From Candidatus Bathyarchaeia archaeon (GTDB lineage Archaea > Thermoproteota > Bathyarchaeia > Bathyarchaeales > Bathyarchaeaceae): a stretch of 64,000 bases of DNA. The notes under the pieces are model-generated. The model was not told where the DNA came from. It saw nothing but the letters and a program-made list of their open reading frames with translations, and did not search any database. A program made the position numbers and the translations under genes. The stretch lies in the NCBI GenBank assembly GCA_046760805.1, contig JBHIEV010000001.1:130-64129 (forward strand). The letters are read 5' to 3'. This document shows positions 54,304-63,217 of this stretch, in pieces. Positions within the stretch are counted from its first letter, which is position 1. Every line of letters begins with the position of its first letter.

Positions 54304-56004
54304 TTGAACGATGTAACACGTATAATGCAAAGGGTTCGCTTTAAGCTTTTTTGGGTAATAGCATTAGCGGCGATTTCGCTTGCACTAACCACTCTATTAT
54401 TCACTCATGTCACTCACTTTGAAGTCGATGATTGGGGATTGCTGTCAAAACTTCCAGTAATATTCTGGGTGGGCTTATTGTCCTTAGGCTTGCTTCTTTA
54501 CCCTGCACAAAAACATAAGAATCGCATGATCTGTCTTTCGGTATTATTCATCTTGTTTTTGTTCTGGGTTCCCCAACTTATCAAAGATTACGGCGCGGAG
54601 TTTCATCATGCGTACTATTTTTCTTCGGAGGCCAAGCTACTTACATCCAAGGGACATTTGGTGACAAATCCTAATGATCCGCTAATAAGATATCAGAATT
54701 GGCCTTTTTTCTTGTATCTTGAGGCCATCATGATTGAGGTGATGGGTATGCCTCCGTTGATCCTAACCGATCTTTTCCAACTCATTAATATAGGTCTCTT
54801 TGCGTTGCTTGCGTTTTTGATTTTTAGACTCAAGCTTGGAACAACTAATTCACTTTTTGCTGTTATATGGTTCCTAACCGGTTTCTGGATGGGGCAAAAC
54901 TATTTCTCTCCTCAGAGCATGTCATATGTGCTATATCTCATGGTCTTTTTCCTGATAGTCAAACAGCTTTATTACACGACCCAAATAAAGGGCAGAACTA
55001 TAAGACTTCTCGTTTTCTTTTTGTTTAGCACCACCGTTTTTTCTCATCAACTTACGCCAATTGTGATTATCTCGGCATTGGTTGCTATATCCTTGTTTAA
55101 AACTCTATCGCGTAGATTCAGCACGCAGGTATCTTCAACTGTAACCCTAGCAACATGTGCCCTTTTTATTACGATTCAAGCAACATATATGATCTATATT
55201 GCGTATCCAGTTCTAGACGTCATTGGTCAAATTCTTCGTGAACGTATTTTCTTATCCGAGATATCTCCTGCGTTAACATGGGCATCCCGTACGTTTACGT
55301 TTGGTTCAACCTATGAAATAATCAGCGCGCTTAGCAGCAGAGCTATCGTGACAATTAATCTCATCTTCTTTGCTTTTGGCGTAAGTGCGCGTTTTTTTGG
55401 CAGAAAAGCGAGGAAAACTAGATCCAACAATCTTTTTTGGATTGCATGGATTGGAGGAGTCGGATTTTTTGGTTTATTTGCGAGTTATGGAATTGAACCG
55501 CATATACGTGCTTATATGTTCGCTTTGGTGCCTCTTAGCTACATTAACATCAGTTTCTTGATCAAGAAGCCCAAAATTCTATGCACAGTTTTGTTAATAC
55601 TATTGTTTTTTCACTTCCCAGCGCACTATTCCAAAGACTCTTGGTATGCAGTGACATCAACTGAAATGGCCGGCACAAAATTTTTTGCCGAGAAGACTCC
55701 CCAAAGCGCTCTTTATTACTACACGCAAGAGTCTCCAACCTTGTGGTATCAAGACCCAACCAGAGTGGCAACCATTGGTTACATAATGTACGACCCTCAA
55801 AAGTTTTACGCAGGATCTTTCAACGCCTCACTCTTCAGAGAAGAGACACAGGATGCTGACTATTTCTTACTATCGAGTTCTCAGAAGAACTTCTTTTTCT
55901 ACTATTTTGGATCATATCCTTTTGAGAAACTTCATCTTGATGTATACAACAACCGTCTGTATAACAACGAACGTTTCCTGATATATGGAAAAATAAAGGA
56001 TTAG
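54304..56004 (+). CDS. polytopic membrane protein, GT-C-like candidate (lipid-linked-sugar glycosyltransferase or polymerase)
   Basis: 566 aa with more than 10 hydrophobic helices. Acidic motif HFEVDDWG immediately after TM1. Soluble C-terminal domain of about 130 aa. No WWDYG motif seen. Confidence 0.4.
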   Translation: MNDVTRIMQRVRFKLFWVIALAAISLALTTLLFTHVTHFEVDDWGLLSKLPVIFWVGLLSLGLLLYPAQKHKNRMICLSVLFILFLFWVPQLIKDYGAEFHHAYYFSSEAKLLTSKGHLVTNPNDPLIRYQNWPFFLYLEAIMIEVMGMPPLILTDLFQLINIGLFALLAFLIFRLKLGTTNSLFAVIWFLTGFWMGQNYFSPQSMSYVLYLMVFFLIVKQLYYTTQIKGRTIRLLVFFLFSTTVFSHQLTPIVIISALVAISLFKTLSRRFSTQVSSTVTLATCALFITIQATYMIYIAYPVLDVIGQILRERIFLSEISPALTWASRTFTFGSTYEIISALSSRAIVTINLIFFAFGVSARFFGRKARKTRSNNLFWIAWIGGVGFFGLFASYGIEPHIRAYMFALVPLSYINISFLIKKPKILCTVLLILLFFHFPAHYSKDSWYAVTSTEMAGTKFFAEKTPQSALYYYTQESPTLWYQDPTRVATIGYIMYDPQKFYAGSFNASLFREETQDADYFLLSSSQKNFFFYYFGSYPFEKLHLDVYNNRLYNNERFLIYGKIKD

Positions 56005-56063
56005 TTACCGTTCATCCAAGCTTTGAATTCGCCTGACGCTATATGATGTGAGAGGTTACATCC

Positions 56064-57455
56064 TTGAGGGTTTTCCTTATCAACCCCCGGCCGTCATCAC
56101 AATTTGAAACTTTCCTTCCTGTAAAGGACTCTCTTCCGCCTTTAGGGCTGGCGTTTCTTGGTTCTTCATTAGAGAAGGCAGGGCATGAAGTCAACATTTT
56201 CGACAATTATCTCTTTCGAGTTCCAATTGTAGAGGTAATAAAACGTGCAGGCAAGTTTAATGCTGATATTATAGGAATAACATGTATGTCGATGAGCTTT
56301 TCAGAAGTAAAAAAAACTGTGAGCGCCATAAAAGATGTTTTTCAAGTTCCAGTTGTAATGGGGGGGCCTCATGCAACTTTAAGGCCAGCACAAACGTTGC
56401 TTAAGACACGCGCAGATATTGTAGTTCGCGGCGAAGGAGAGCTTTCCTTTAATAGGTTGATAGATTGTTTGGAGAAGAAGAGGAATCTTACACAACTTCG
56501 GGGAATCTCATATAGGGAAAATGGCAAGATTATACATAATCCTCCGCAAGCTTTGATAAAGAACTTAGATAAGTTACCACCTCCAGCATGGCATTTACTT
56601 CCTATGAAAGATTATCCGAGAAAAAGTGAGCTTTTGAATCTCTATCCATTGGATTCGCACAATACCTCTAGAGGATGTCCGTTCTTTTGCGCCTTCTGTT
56701 CGGTTCGTAATCTTTGGGGTAGGACTTTTCGTTCTTTTAGCCCGGAAAGAATGGTTGAAGACGTAAAATTTCTGATGGAAAAGTTCGGAACGAAAGGTAT
56801 TTACTTTCGTGAGGATAATTTCACGGTAAGCAAGAAAAGAGTTTTCAAGTTTTGCAACCTAATCAAAAAGGATAAACTTGACTTTAGATGGATTTGCGAG
56901 TCAAGAGTTGACTTGGTGGATTTTGAGATTTTGACCACTATGAAAAAGGCTGGTTGCGATTACATATGGTTTGGTGTCGAAAGCGCATCTCCCAGAATTC
57001 TGCAATACATAAACAAAGGAATAACAGTTGAAAAAACGATAAAAGCTTTCCAACTGTGTAAGCGGGTTGGAATACGGACTGGAGCTTCCCTAATGGTCGG
57101 CATTCCTCAAGAAACAATAAACGAGGTGCAAAAGACATTAAAGCTAAGAGTGAAGCTTTTCCAAGATTTTGGCTCAGATGTATGGGTGAATATATTTTCA
57201 GGGATACCGGGCAGCCTTCTTTATGATTCCATTGTTCAAAAGGGTTGGTTCAAAAATATGGATGAGAGTGGAATCTGCGAAGTAGTAACACCAGAGTTTG
57301 ATAAAGAAATGCTTATAAGAATTGTAAATAGCTCAAATGCGGAAATGGCACTAAAGCCTCGCTTTATCTTGAGAAAACTAAGAAATGTTAAGAGTTTAAA
57401 AGAACTCACTTCGCTTCAAAGAGCCTTCCTTCACTTATTAAAGTTCAGAAGATGA
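56064..57455 (+). CDS. class-B (B12-binding domain) radical SAM enzyme
   Basis: 463 aa. N-terminal B12-like domain (DIIGITCMSM...VVMGGPHAT). SRGCPFFCAFCSV cluster motif. TTG start. Confidence 0.85.
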   Translation: MRVFLINPRPSSQFETFLPVKDSLPPLGLAFLGSSLEKAGHEVNIFDNYLFRVPIVEVIKRAGKFNADIIGITCMSMSFSEVKKTVSAIKDVFQVPVVMGGPHATLRPAQTLLKTRADIVVRGEGELSFNRLIDCLEKKRNLTQLRGISYRENGKIIHNPPQALIKNLDKLPPPAWHLLPMKDYPRKSELLNLYPLDSHNTSRGCPFFCAFCSVRNLWGRTFRSFSPERMVEDVKFLMEKFGTKGIYFREDNFTVSKKRVFKFCNLIKKDKLDFRWICESRVDLVDFEILTTMKKAGCDYIWFGVESASPRILQYINKGITVEKTIKAFQLCKRVGIRTGASLMVGIPQETINEVQKTLKLRVKLFQDFGSDVWVNIFSGIPGSLLYDSIVQKGWFKNMDESGICEVVTPEFDKEMLIRIVNSSNAEMALKPRFILRKLRNVKSLKELTSLQRAFLHLLKFRR

Positions 57456-57555
57456 GTGGCCGAACAATGTGTTAAAAATGCAAACTGTGCTATAAATAAC
57501 AAATTAGAAAATAAAAACCAAGAGGCTATACAGTCACGCTTCAAACTGCCGCGTT

Positions 57556-58185
57556 TCAGGTTGCTCTTGCGTCTTTTTCATTGGTTCCAATACGCGCGGT
57601 CTTAAATTCAAAAAATAATCCTATACTTAGCATAATGAGGGAAACGGACATCCCCGTACCATATACCAATGGTTCGGAGACCTTTATTTGAGGGAATTCG
57701 ACACCCCATCTCAAGGTCATCCTTACGTATACCATGTTCAATAATCTGGTTAGCCATATTCCAATAAAAGAGCATATCAGCAAAAAATTCCTGTATGAGG
57801 AAGATAACAAAAACATTATCATGCCTATAGAGATAACATATGCAGTTTCATAAATTGGAAAGTATGAAGTGAAGCCCAAGAGACCAGGCAAATAAAAGAA
57901 AGCATGGGGAGCAACAAGAATTATTGGGGGAATACCCCAAAATCTTCTTTTGGTCTTAACTAGAGCAAGTGATCCAAGTGTAATAAACGCAAGACCTTCC
58001 ATATAACTGGCTATAATTATGGAAAAATCATATGAAACCGCACCTATCATACTGGCTGAGAAAAAAGTTGCAAAAGCTAAGGCATCCCATCGTTTTGAAA
58101 CGCCATAAGCATAGATTGACATAGCAATGCCAATGAGTGATGGTACGCCTAGGGAGAGCATCAGGTTTTCTGGGGTAATTATCAT
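57556..58185 (-). CDS. polytopic membrane protein, unknown function
   Basis: Start moved to MIITPENLMLSLG (ATG 58185). About 6 hydrophobic helices. The upstream part of the track ORF is basic and low-complexity. Confidence 0.4.
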   Translation of the reverse strand: MIITPENLMLSLGVPSLIGIAMSIYAYGVSKRWDALAFATFFSASMIGAVSYDFSIIIASYMEGLAFITLGSLALVKTKRRFWGIPPIILVAPHAFFYLPGLLGFTSYFPIYETAYVISIGMIMFLLSSSYRNFLLICSFIGIWLTRLLNMVYVRMTLRWGVEFPQIKVSEPLVYGTGMSVSLIMLSIGLFFEFKTARIGTNEKDARAT

Positions 58186-58652
58186 TTCGACACTTCCAAA
58201 GTACTTTTCCAAGTGTTTTAGTTTCGGAACTAAAAAGAGTTTTGTTTGGAAACTAGCGAACGGTGAACATAATTTGTGCGAACGTAAATTGGCGGATCTA
58301 CTAGGACCTCGCTTTTTGCCATTTCCAAACTCGGGCGCACAGACATGGAGAAGAAACGTAAGGGATCGCTCTCTCATGAGTAATTTAGATGCAGCCACGA
58401 ATTAGTTTATGTCCCAAAGATTTGCTTGTCTCCCCTCTTGCGCTCAAACTCGCTGACCGTTACAAAGTTCACGGTTCTTGCAGTTTCCCGTCAAAAAAAT
58501 GCTTAAACTCGCATTAAGCCCGCATTTGAAGTCAACGAATATCGAACGCAATTCAGACGTTTAGTGCGTTCTTTCAGGAATGCCTTCACTTGAGAAAGAG
58601 CTCTCCGTGGCAAATGAGGGTTAGTAATAAGCTCATGGGAAGTATGGGTAGA

Positions 58653-59774
58653 ATGAGAACGTTGGTTGCCGCCAGTGGTCTGGGACATATAAAAAGAGGT
58701 GTTGAAACTTGGGCGCAGGAATTAGCGTACGCTCTTCGAAATAACGTTTCTGTTATTCTATGCAAAGGAGGAGGCACTAGAGAGTCGAACATTGAGTACG
58801 TGCTTCCATGCATCAAAAGAAATTCCGTGATTCTTGGTGGAAAATTTAGCCCGATTCCATGGGGCGCCCGGGTCAGAATAGAAGAATCAACTTTTTCCTT
58901 TTCTCTCGCTACGATAGTCAGGGCATTGAACCCAGACGTAGTACATGTTTCACAATTCTTTCACTCGTTGTTCGACCTAAAAAAGAGAAAATTAATCAAA
59001 TCAAAGATTGTTTTCGCAAATGGAGTAGGTATTCCCATACATTCGCTCGCACGCATGGACTACTTGTATGTCCAGCAACTTGCTCCTTACTACATAGAAG
59101 AAGCGAGAGAGCAAGGAATCAACGTACAGAAGTGGTTCACGATTCCACCGTTCGTGAATACTCAAAAGTTTAGTCCTAGAATAAGAACATGTCTACGGGA
59201 AACATTAGGGATTCCAAGAGATGCTTTTGTTGCTCTATGCGTAAGTGCTATTAAGCGTAAGCAGAAGCGCGTGGATTGGTTGATTAGAGAAGTGGGTAAG
59301 TTGAAGAATGATTTCAGGAAAGAAGCCTTCCTCGTTGTCGTTGGGGAAACAGAGAATGAAACGTCTTCTATCGTAAGCCAGGGTAGAGAGCTCTTGAAAA
59401 ACCACATAATATTTCTTTCAAGCCTTCCGGATGAAGCTATGCCTGAGGTTTATGCCCTTGCGGACCTATTTGTATTAGCATCATGTTCCGAGCCTTTTGG
59501 ATTAGTTTTTCTAGAAGCCATGGCTTCTGGGAAGCCTGTTATCGGTCATAGTTTTCCCGTTACTGAATGGATAATAGGAGATGCAGGCGAAACCGTTGAC
59601 ATGACAAGGGAGGGACAGTTAGCAAAAGCCATAGAACGCTACATTATGGACGAGGATCTGAGGGAGGAAAAGGGAAGGAAGGGTAGAGAAAGGGTCGAGA
59701 AAATGTTCTCGCTAGATCAGATAGTCAAACAAACAATTTCCATGTACAACCATATTACCGCCGTTGAGAATTGA
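58653..59774 (+). CDS. GT4 (GT-B fold) glycosyltransferase
   Basis: MRTLVAASGLGHIKRGVE... and EPFGLVFLEAMASGKPVIG (E-x7-E region). Start chosen at an internal ATG. The track ORF opens at 58590. Confidence 0.8.
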   Translation: MRTLVAASGLGHIKRGVETWAQELAYALRNNVSVILCKGGGTRESNIEYVLPCIKRNSVILGGKFSPIPWGARVRIEESTFSFSLATIVRALNPDVVHVSQFFHSLFDLKKRKLIKSKIVFANGVGIPIHSLARMDYLYVQQLAPYYIEEAREQGINVQKWFTIPPFVNTQKFSPRIRTCLRETLGIPRDAFVALCVSAIKRKQKRVDWLIREVGKLKNDFRKEAFLVVVGETENETSSIVSQGRELLKNHIIFLSSLPDEAMPEVYALADLFVLASCSEPFGLVFLEAMASGKPVIGHSFPVTEWIIGDAGETVDMTREGQLAKAIERYIMDEDLREEKGRKGRERVEKMFSLDQIVKQTISMYNHITAVEN

Positions 59775-60051
59775 GTGTCTAATATACTATTACTCATTTG
59801 CTTTCTAACTGCTGTATTCAGCTTATCCGTGCCATGTGCGCGCATTCTTCTGTATGAAGGTGCACTAATTTGTCTTCTCCTTTTACCTACCGAAAAGCTA
59901 CAACTGCATCAGGCCCTTTGTTCAGGTCAGCAATCATGGCGGGGATATCTGCGCGAGCACTGAAAAGAGTCCCATGAGCGCAATGTTATAAGTGTCTGGA
60001 GTTTCCTATGGCTTTTGCCTTTGAAGAGGTTGCGCGTGCTGGCTATTTCAC

Positions 60052-61107
60052 TTATGGGAACAGGGCCATGGCTGGTTTAGGTCTCAGGTCTGGGTAGAGT
60101 CCCTTTAATCCAAATCCGCCTTCTCCGCTTGGCTGGTCATCTAACCACTGCCACATGATGTAGCCGAAGATGTTGTGTTCTTTTATGATGTGTAGCATGT
60201 TGGCAAAGTAGTCATATTGGAGTTGTTCTGTTTCACGCGTTGTCCTGGTGATTCCAGGTATCTTATACGGTGTATTCCCATAATCTGAACGTTCATATTT
60301 CCAGTAGTACCAAGTTGGAAAACCGATTTCTCCTATGAGGATAGGTTTCCCGAATTGTTCTAAATCCGTAAGCTTTGTGTCGAGTATTTCCCATGGCAAC
60401 CTAGGTTCCGGACTTGTCGCCCATTCGCCGAACTGGTAAACATGATAGCTTATTATATCTAATGCCTCGTGGAAGATCGGGATTTGGGTAAATTCATCGA
60501 AACCCACGGTTACTGGAAGAGTTGATTTAGATTTAACGTAGTTAATAACATCCTTAAAGTCTTGATAATGTTCAGGTTTGATGTAGGGTTCACTTATAAT
60601 CTCCCAAGCGAGGATTCTAGGGTCAGAGCCATACCGATTCAAAACAGGGTTTAACGCATTTTCCCATTCAGCCACAGTAATATAGTCAAACGGATCGCAT
60701 TGCCAAGGTGGCGCATCTATAGGTACTGGAAGTACGATGACAGCTTTGAGGTCATACTTGTTTACCGTAGAGAGCCACTCCTCTGAAATGAGCCAAGGCC
60801 ACCAAGCCCACGTTCTAATTGTATTGAACCCATGAGTCTGCATATTTTTCAGTTCATTTTCAAAAGCAGTTCGATTGTTAGCTACGGTTGATAGCATCAG
60901 GTGTGCTCCTCTAATAGTTGTCACTCGCGAGTCTTTCTGCAGATACCCTTGTTCGAGGATAGACCGTAGTCTTTCCACTTCTTGTTGAAATTTAGACATG
61001 TCAATCATTCCCTTCGATGGAATCTGCTGAGTATCCATCAGGCTCAGAGATGCCGAAGAGATCAATAAACTAACGACTACGAGAAGTACCGGAATCGAAA
61101 CACACAT
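60052..61107 (-). CDS. secreted clan GH-A-like (TIM-barrel) glycoside hydrolase
   Basis: Start at MCVSIPVLLVVVSLLISSASLS (signal peptide, ATG 61107). Candidate acid/base ILAWEIISEPY and nucleophile ILIGEIGFP strands spaced as in GH5-like enzymes. Family not assignable by eye. Confidence 0.55.
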   Translation of the reverse strand: MCVSIPVLLVVVSLLISSASLSLMDTQQIPSKGMIDMSKFQQEVERLRSILEQGYLQKDSRVTTIRGAHLMLSTVANNRTAFENELKNMQTHGFNTIRTWAWWPWLISEEWLSTVNKYDLKAVIVLPVPIDAPPWQCDPFDYITVAEWENALNPVLNRYGSDPRILAWEIISEPYIKPEHYQDFKDVINYVKSKSTLPVTVGFDEFTQIPIFHEALDIISYHVYQFGEWATSPEPRLPWEILDTKLTDLEQFGKPILIGEIGFPTWYYWKYERSDYGNTPYKIPGITRTTRETEQLQYDYFANMLHIIKEHNIFGYIMWQWLDDQPSGEGGFGLKGLYPDLRPKPAMALFP

Positions 61108-61472
61108 ATGTTTAACTTCCTTCCAAACTACAACGTGGCACTTCTTCAAAAAATCACGGAATAACCAAGATTTCGCAGGCACACGCGAGAGAATAAGAAA
61201 AGCGTGAGAAATCTTTCTTCGAGTTCTTAAGAGGTGTCCTGCAAATGCATCAGATCTAAGAGGAGTACCATCTGTCAATCCCAGACACACCCTTTCGCGA
61301 ATGCTACCCATGATCAGGATTAACCATGCATGCGTGCAGTAAATATTGTATCGTACTACATAATAAACCTTCTCGTTGGACGCGCGTAGGTTCGTCAGTT
61401 ATTCTGCAGCATGCATATTCAAGGAAAAATATTAAGTGCAACATGCTTTCCAAGAAAAAGAAGTGAAATGAT

Positions 61473-63179
61473 TTGACTGAGTATCTCAAGTCGAGGATTA
61501 TCGTGATTTTTCTATGTTTCATGATCTTATCTGGAAGTCTTATTCAGGCGGCAAGAAACTCAGCTCAGGAGCTTGTATTAACCATCAGTTGCACTGCTAG
61601 AGAAGCTCGTGTATATGACCTTTTCATAATCTTCGGCTTCATAAGGGTCAATAATAATCTTCTCGCTGGAGTTCCTATCGAAATCCAGATACAAACAAAC
61701 GAGTCGGGTTGGACGACGATTTATGAAGAAGTTACTGGAGATGAGGGAGGATACTATGTAGAAGGAAGAGTTTCTCCGGAACTACCTCCTGGAGAACACA
61801 ATCTTCGTTCTGTTGCACTGAATCCGTATGTTACAAGTGCTCTGTTAGCTTTCAAGATAGGTGAGAAGTATGTTCCCGCGAGAAACACTCATATCATGGA
61901 CATTCCTACCTTGGATGATGAATACAAGTTTTCATTTGCTACAATTCTGGAACCTGATGGGAAAGTTCTACGAAGACCTCCGTTTACACGTACAAACACA
62001 TGGTTGTTCTTTGCCTCCGCTGAAACTTCGGATAAGAACCATAGTCTATTCCTAATTGGGGGATTCGATGCAGGCTTCACTTGGGATCCTGATGGTTACA
62101 CAGGCGGCTTTCGGGTAATATTCGATGAGGGGACTGAGCAGGGTTATTCGCTTCCAGGTCCATTTTACTTCACGGAGCACCCTCCTCCACCAGCGCCTGA
62201 TCTCCCAACGATCCATAACAAACTGGGTAGTGACTATGTCTGCTTTCAATCTTACGATGAAGAAAATTTCATCTATTATGTCACTATAATCGAGAAAGAT
62301 GGTTTTGAGATAGAAATGAAGATAACTCCAACAGGGGCTCCGTTTTGGATTGCAAGAAAACTAGAAAATCTGCTTTGGATGTACCTTCATGCTACTTTTG
62401 GCTACCCCTCGAGCAATATAGAATATTGGGGTGCTTTTGTTGTGTTGGGTGAATTAACTGCAACAGTGAAGACCTCTCAAAGCTCTGAGGAACTCATATT
62501 TGTAGGGTCGTGTGCAATCGATCGTGAATGGCATGCAACAGCAGACACGTCTCCACATCAACACCACAAGAATGATATACCGCAAGCCTACACCGCTGGT
62601 CCTTACCTCTTTAGTGAAGAAGTTTCATTGGCAACATGGGAATCACATGATCCATTCAGAAAACAGATTTACTCCCAAAGTGGGATTGTACATGTCGAAT
62701 CTCTTAACAAGACCTTTAGATTTGACAATTTCTCGATCAGTGATGATGCCCCGAACGAACTATATCCGACGAAGTATTTCCTCCAGGGCGGCTTTGAAAC
62801 ATCGGGATATGTTGACTTGGAAGCCGAAGTGATTACCTTTATGTATGAATGGGGAGATGGAAAGAATGAAGTATTCTTACGCCCCATTGTGTCGTGGAAT
62901 GGTTTGATAACACTGCCAAATGGTACTGAAGTATCCATAAACAACGCGTCAGGGATCGGTGAGCAGTTTAGAATACAACTGTTAACTGGCGATGTAGATG
63001 GCGATGACATAGTTAATACTACAGACATAGGATTAGTCGCGGAAGCTTTTGGTACATCAGTTGCAGAGCCTGAATATAACCTTGAATTCGACTTAAGACG
63101 CGACCGTATCATAGACATCTTCGACATAGTTACAATCGCAGTCAACTATGGCAAAAAAGCCACCACGAACATAGATTAA
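61473..63179 (+). CDS. secreted protein with C-terminal dockerin module
   Basis: 568 aa with a signal peptide. The body of about 500 aa is uncharacterised. C-terminal dockerin module, see 62979..63176. Confidence 0.6.
   Translation: MTEYLKSRIIVIFLCFMILSGSLIQAARNSAQELVLTISCTAREARVYDLFIIFGFIRVNNNLLAGVPIEIQIQTNESGWTTIYEEVTGDEGGYYVEGRVSPELPPGEHNLRSVALNPYVTSALLAFKIGEKYVPARNTHIMDIPTLDDEYKFSFATILEPDGKVLRRPPFTRTNTWLFFASAETSDKNHSLFLIGGFDAGFTWDPDGYTGGFRVIFDEGTEQGYSLPGPFYFTEHPPPPAPDLPTIHNKLGSDYVCFQSYDEENFIYYVTIIEKDGFEIEMKITPTGAPFWIARKLENLLWMYLHATFGYPSSNIEYWGAFVVLGELTATVKTSQSSEELIFVGSCAIDREWHATADTSPHQHHKNDIPQAYTAGPYLFSEEVSLATWESHDPFRKQIYSQSGIVHVESLNKTFRFDNFSISDDAPNELYPTKYFLQGGFETSGYVDLEAEVITFMYEWGDGKNEVFLRPIVSWNGLITLPNGTEVSINNASGIGEQFRIQLLTGDVDGDDIVNTTDIGLVAEAFGTSVAEPEYNLEFDLRRDRIIDIFDIVTIAVNYGKKATTNID
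62979..63176 (+). other. dockerin-like module (two EF-hand-like Ca-binding repeats)
   Basis: GDVDGDDIVNTTDIGLVAEAFG and FDLRRDRIIDIFDIVTIAVNYG fit the duplicated D-x-D/N-x-D-x-x-I-x-x-x-D plus helix pattern. The second loop is partly degenerate. Confidence 0.6.
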
Positions 63180-63217
63180 CCATTATTGGTCGCACCACAA
63201 GTGGAGTATAAGAAAGG

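Noticed and set aside
59775-59963. 62-aa hydrophobic plus-strand ORF after the last GT4 gene.
   Set aside because: It has a GTG start directly abutting the upstream stop, no ribosome-binding signal and no recognisable family. The evidence is insufficient.
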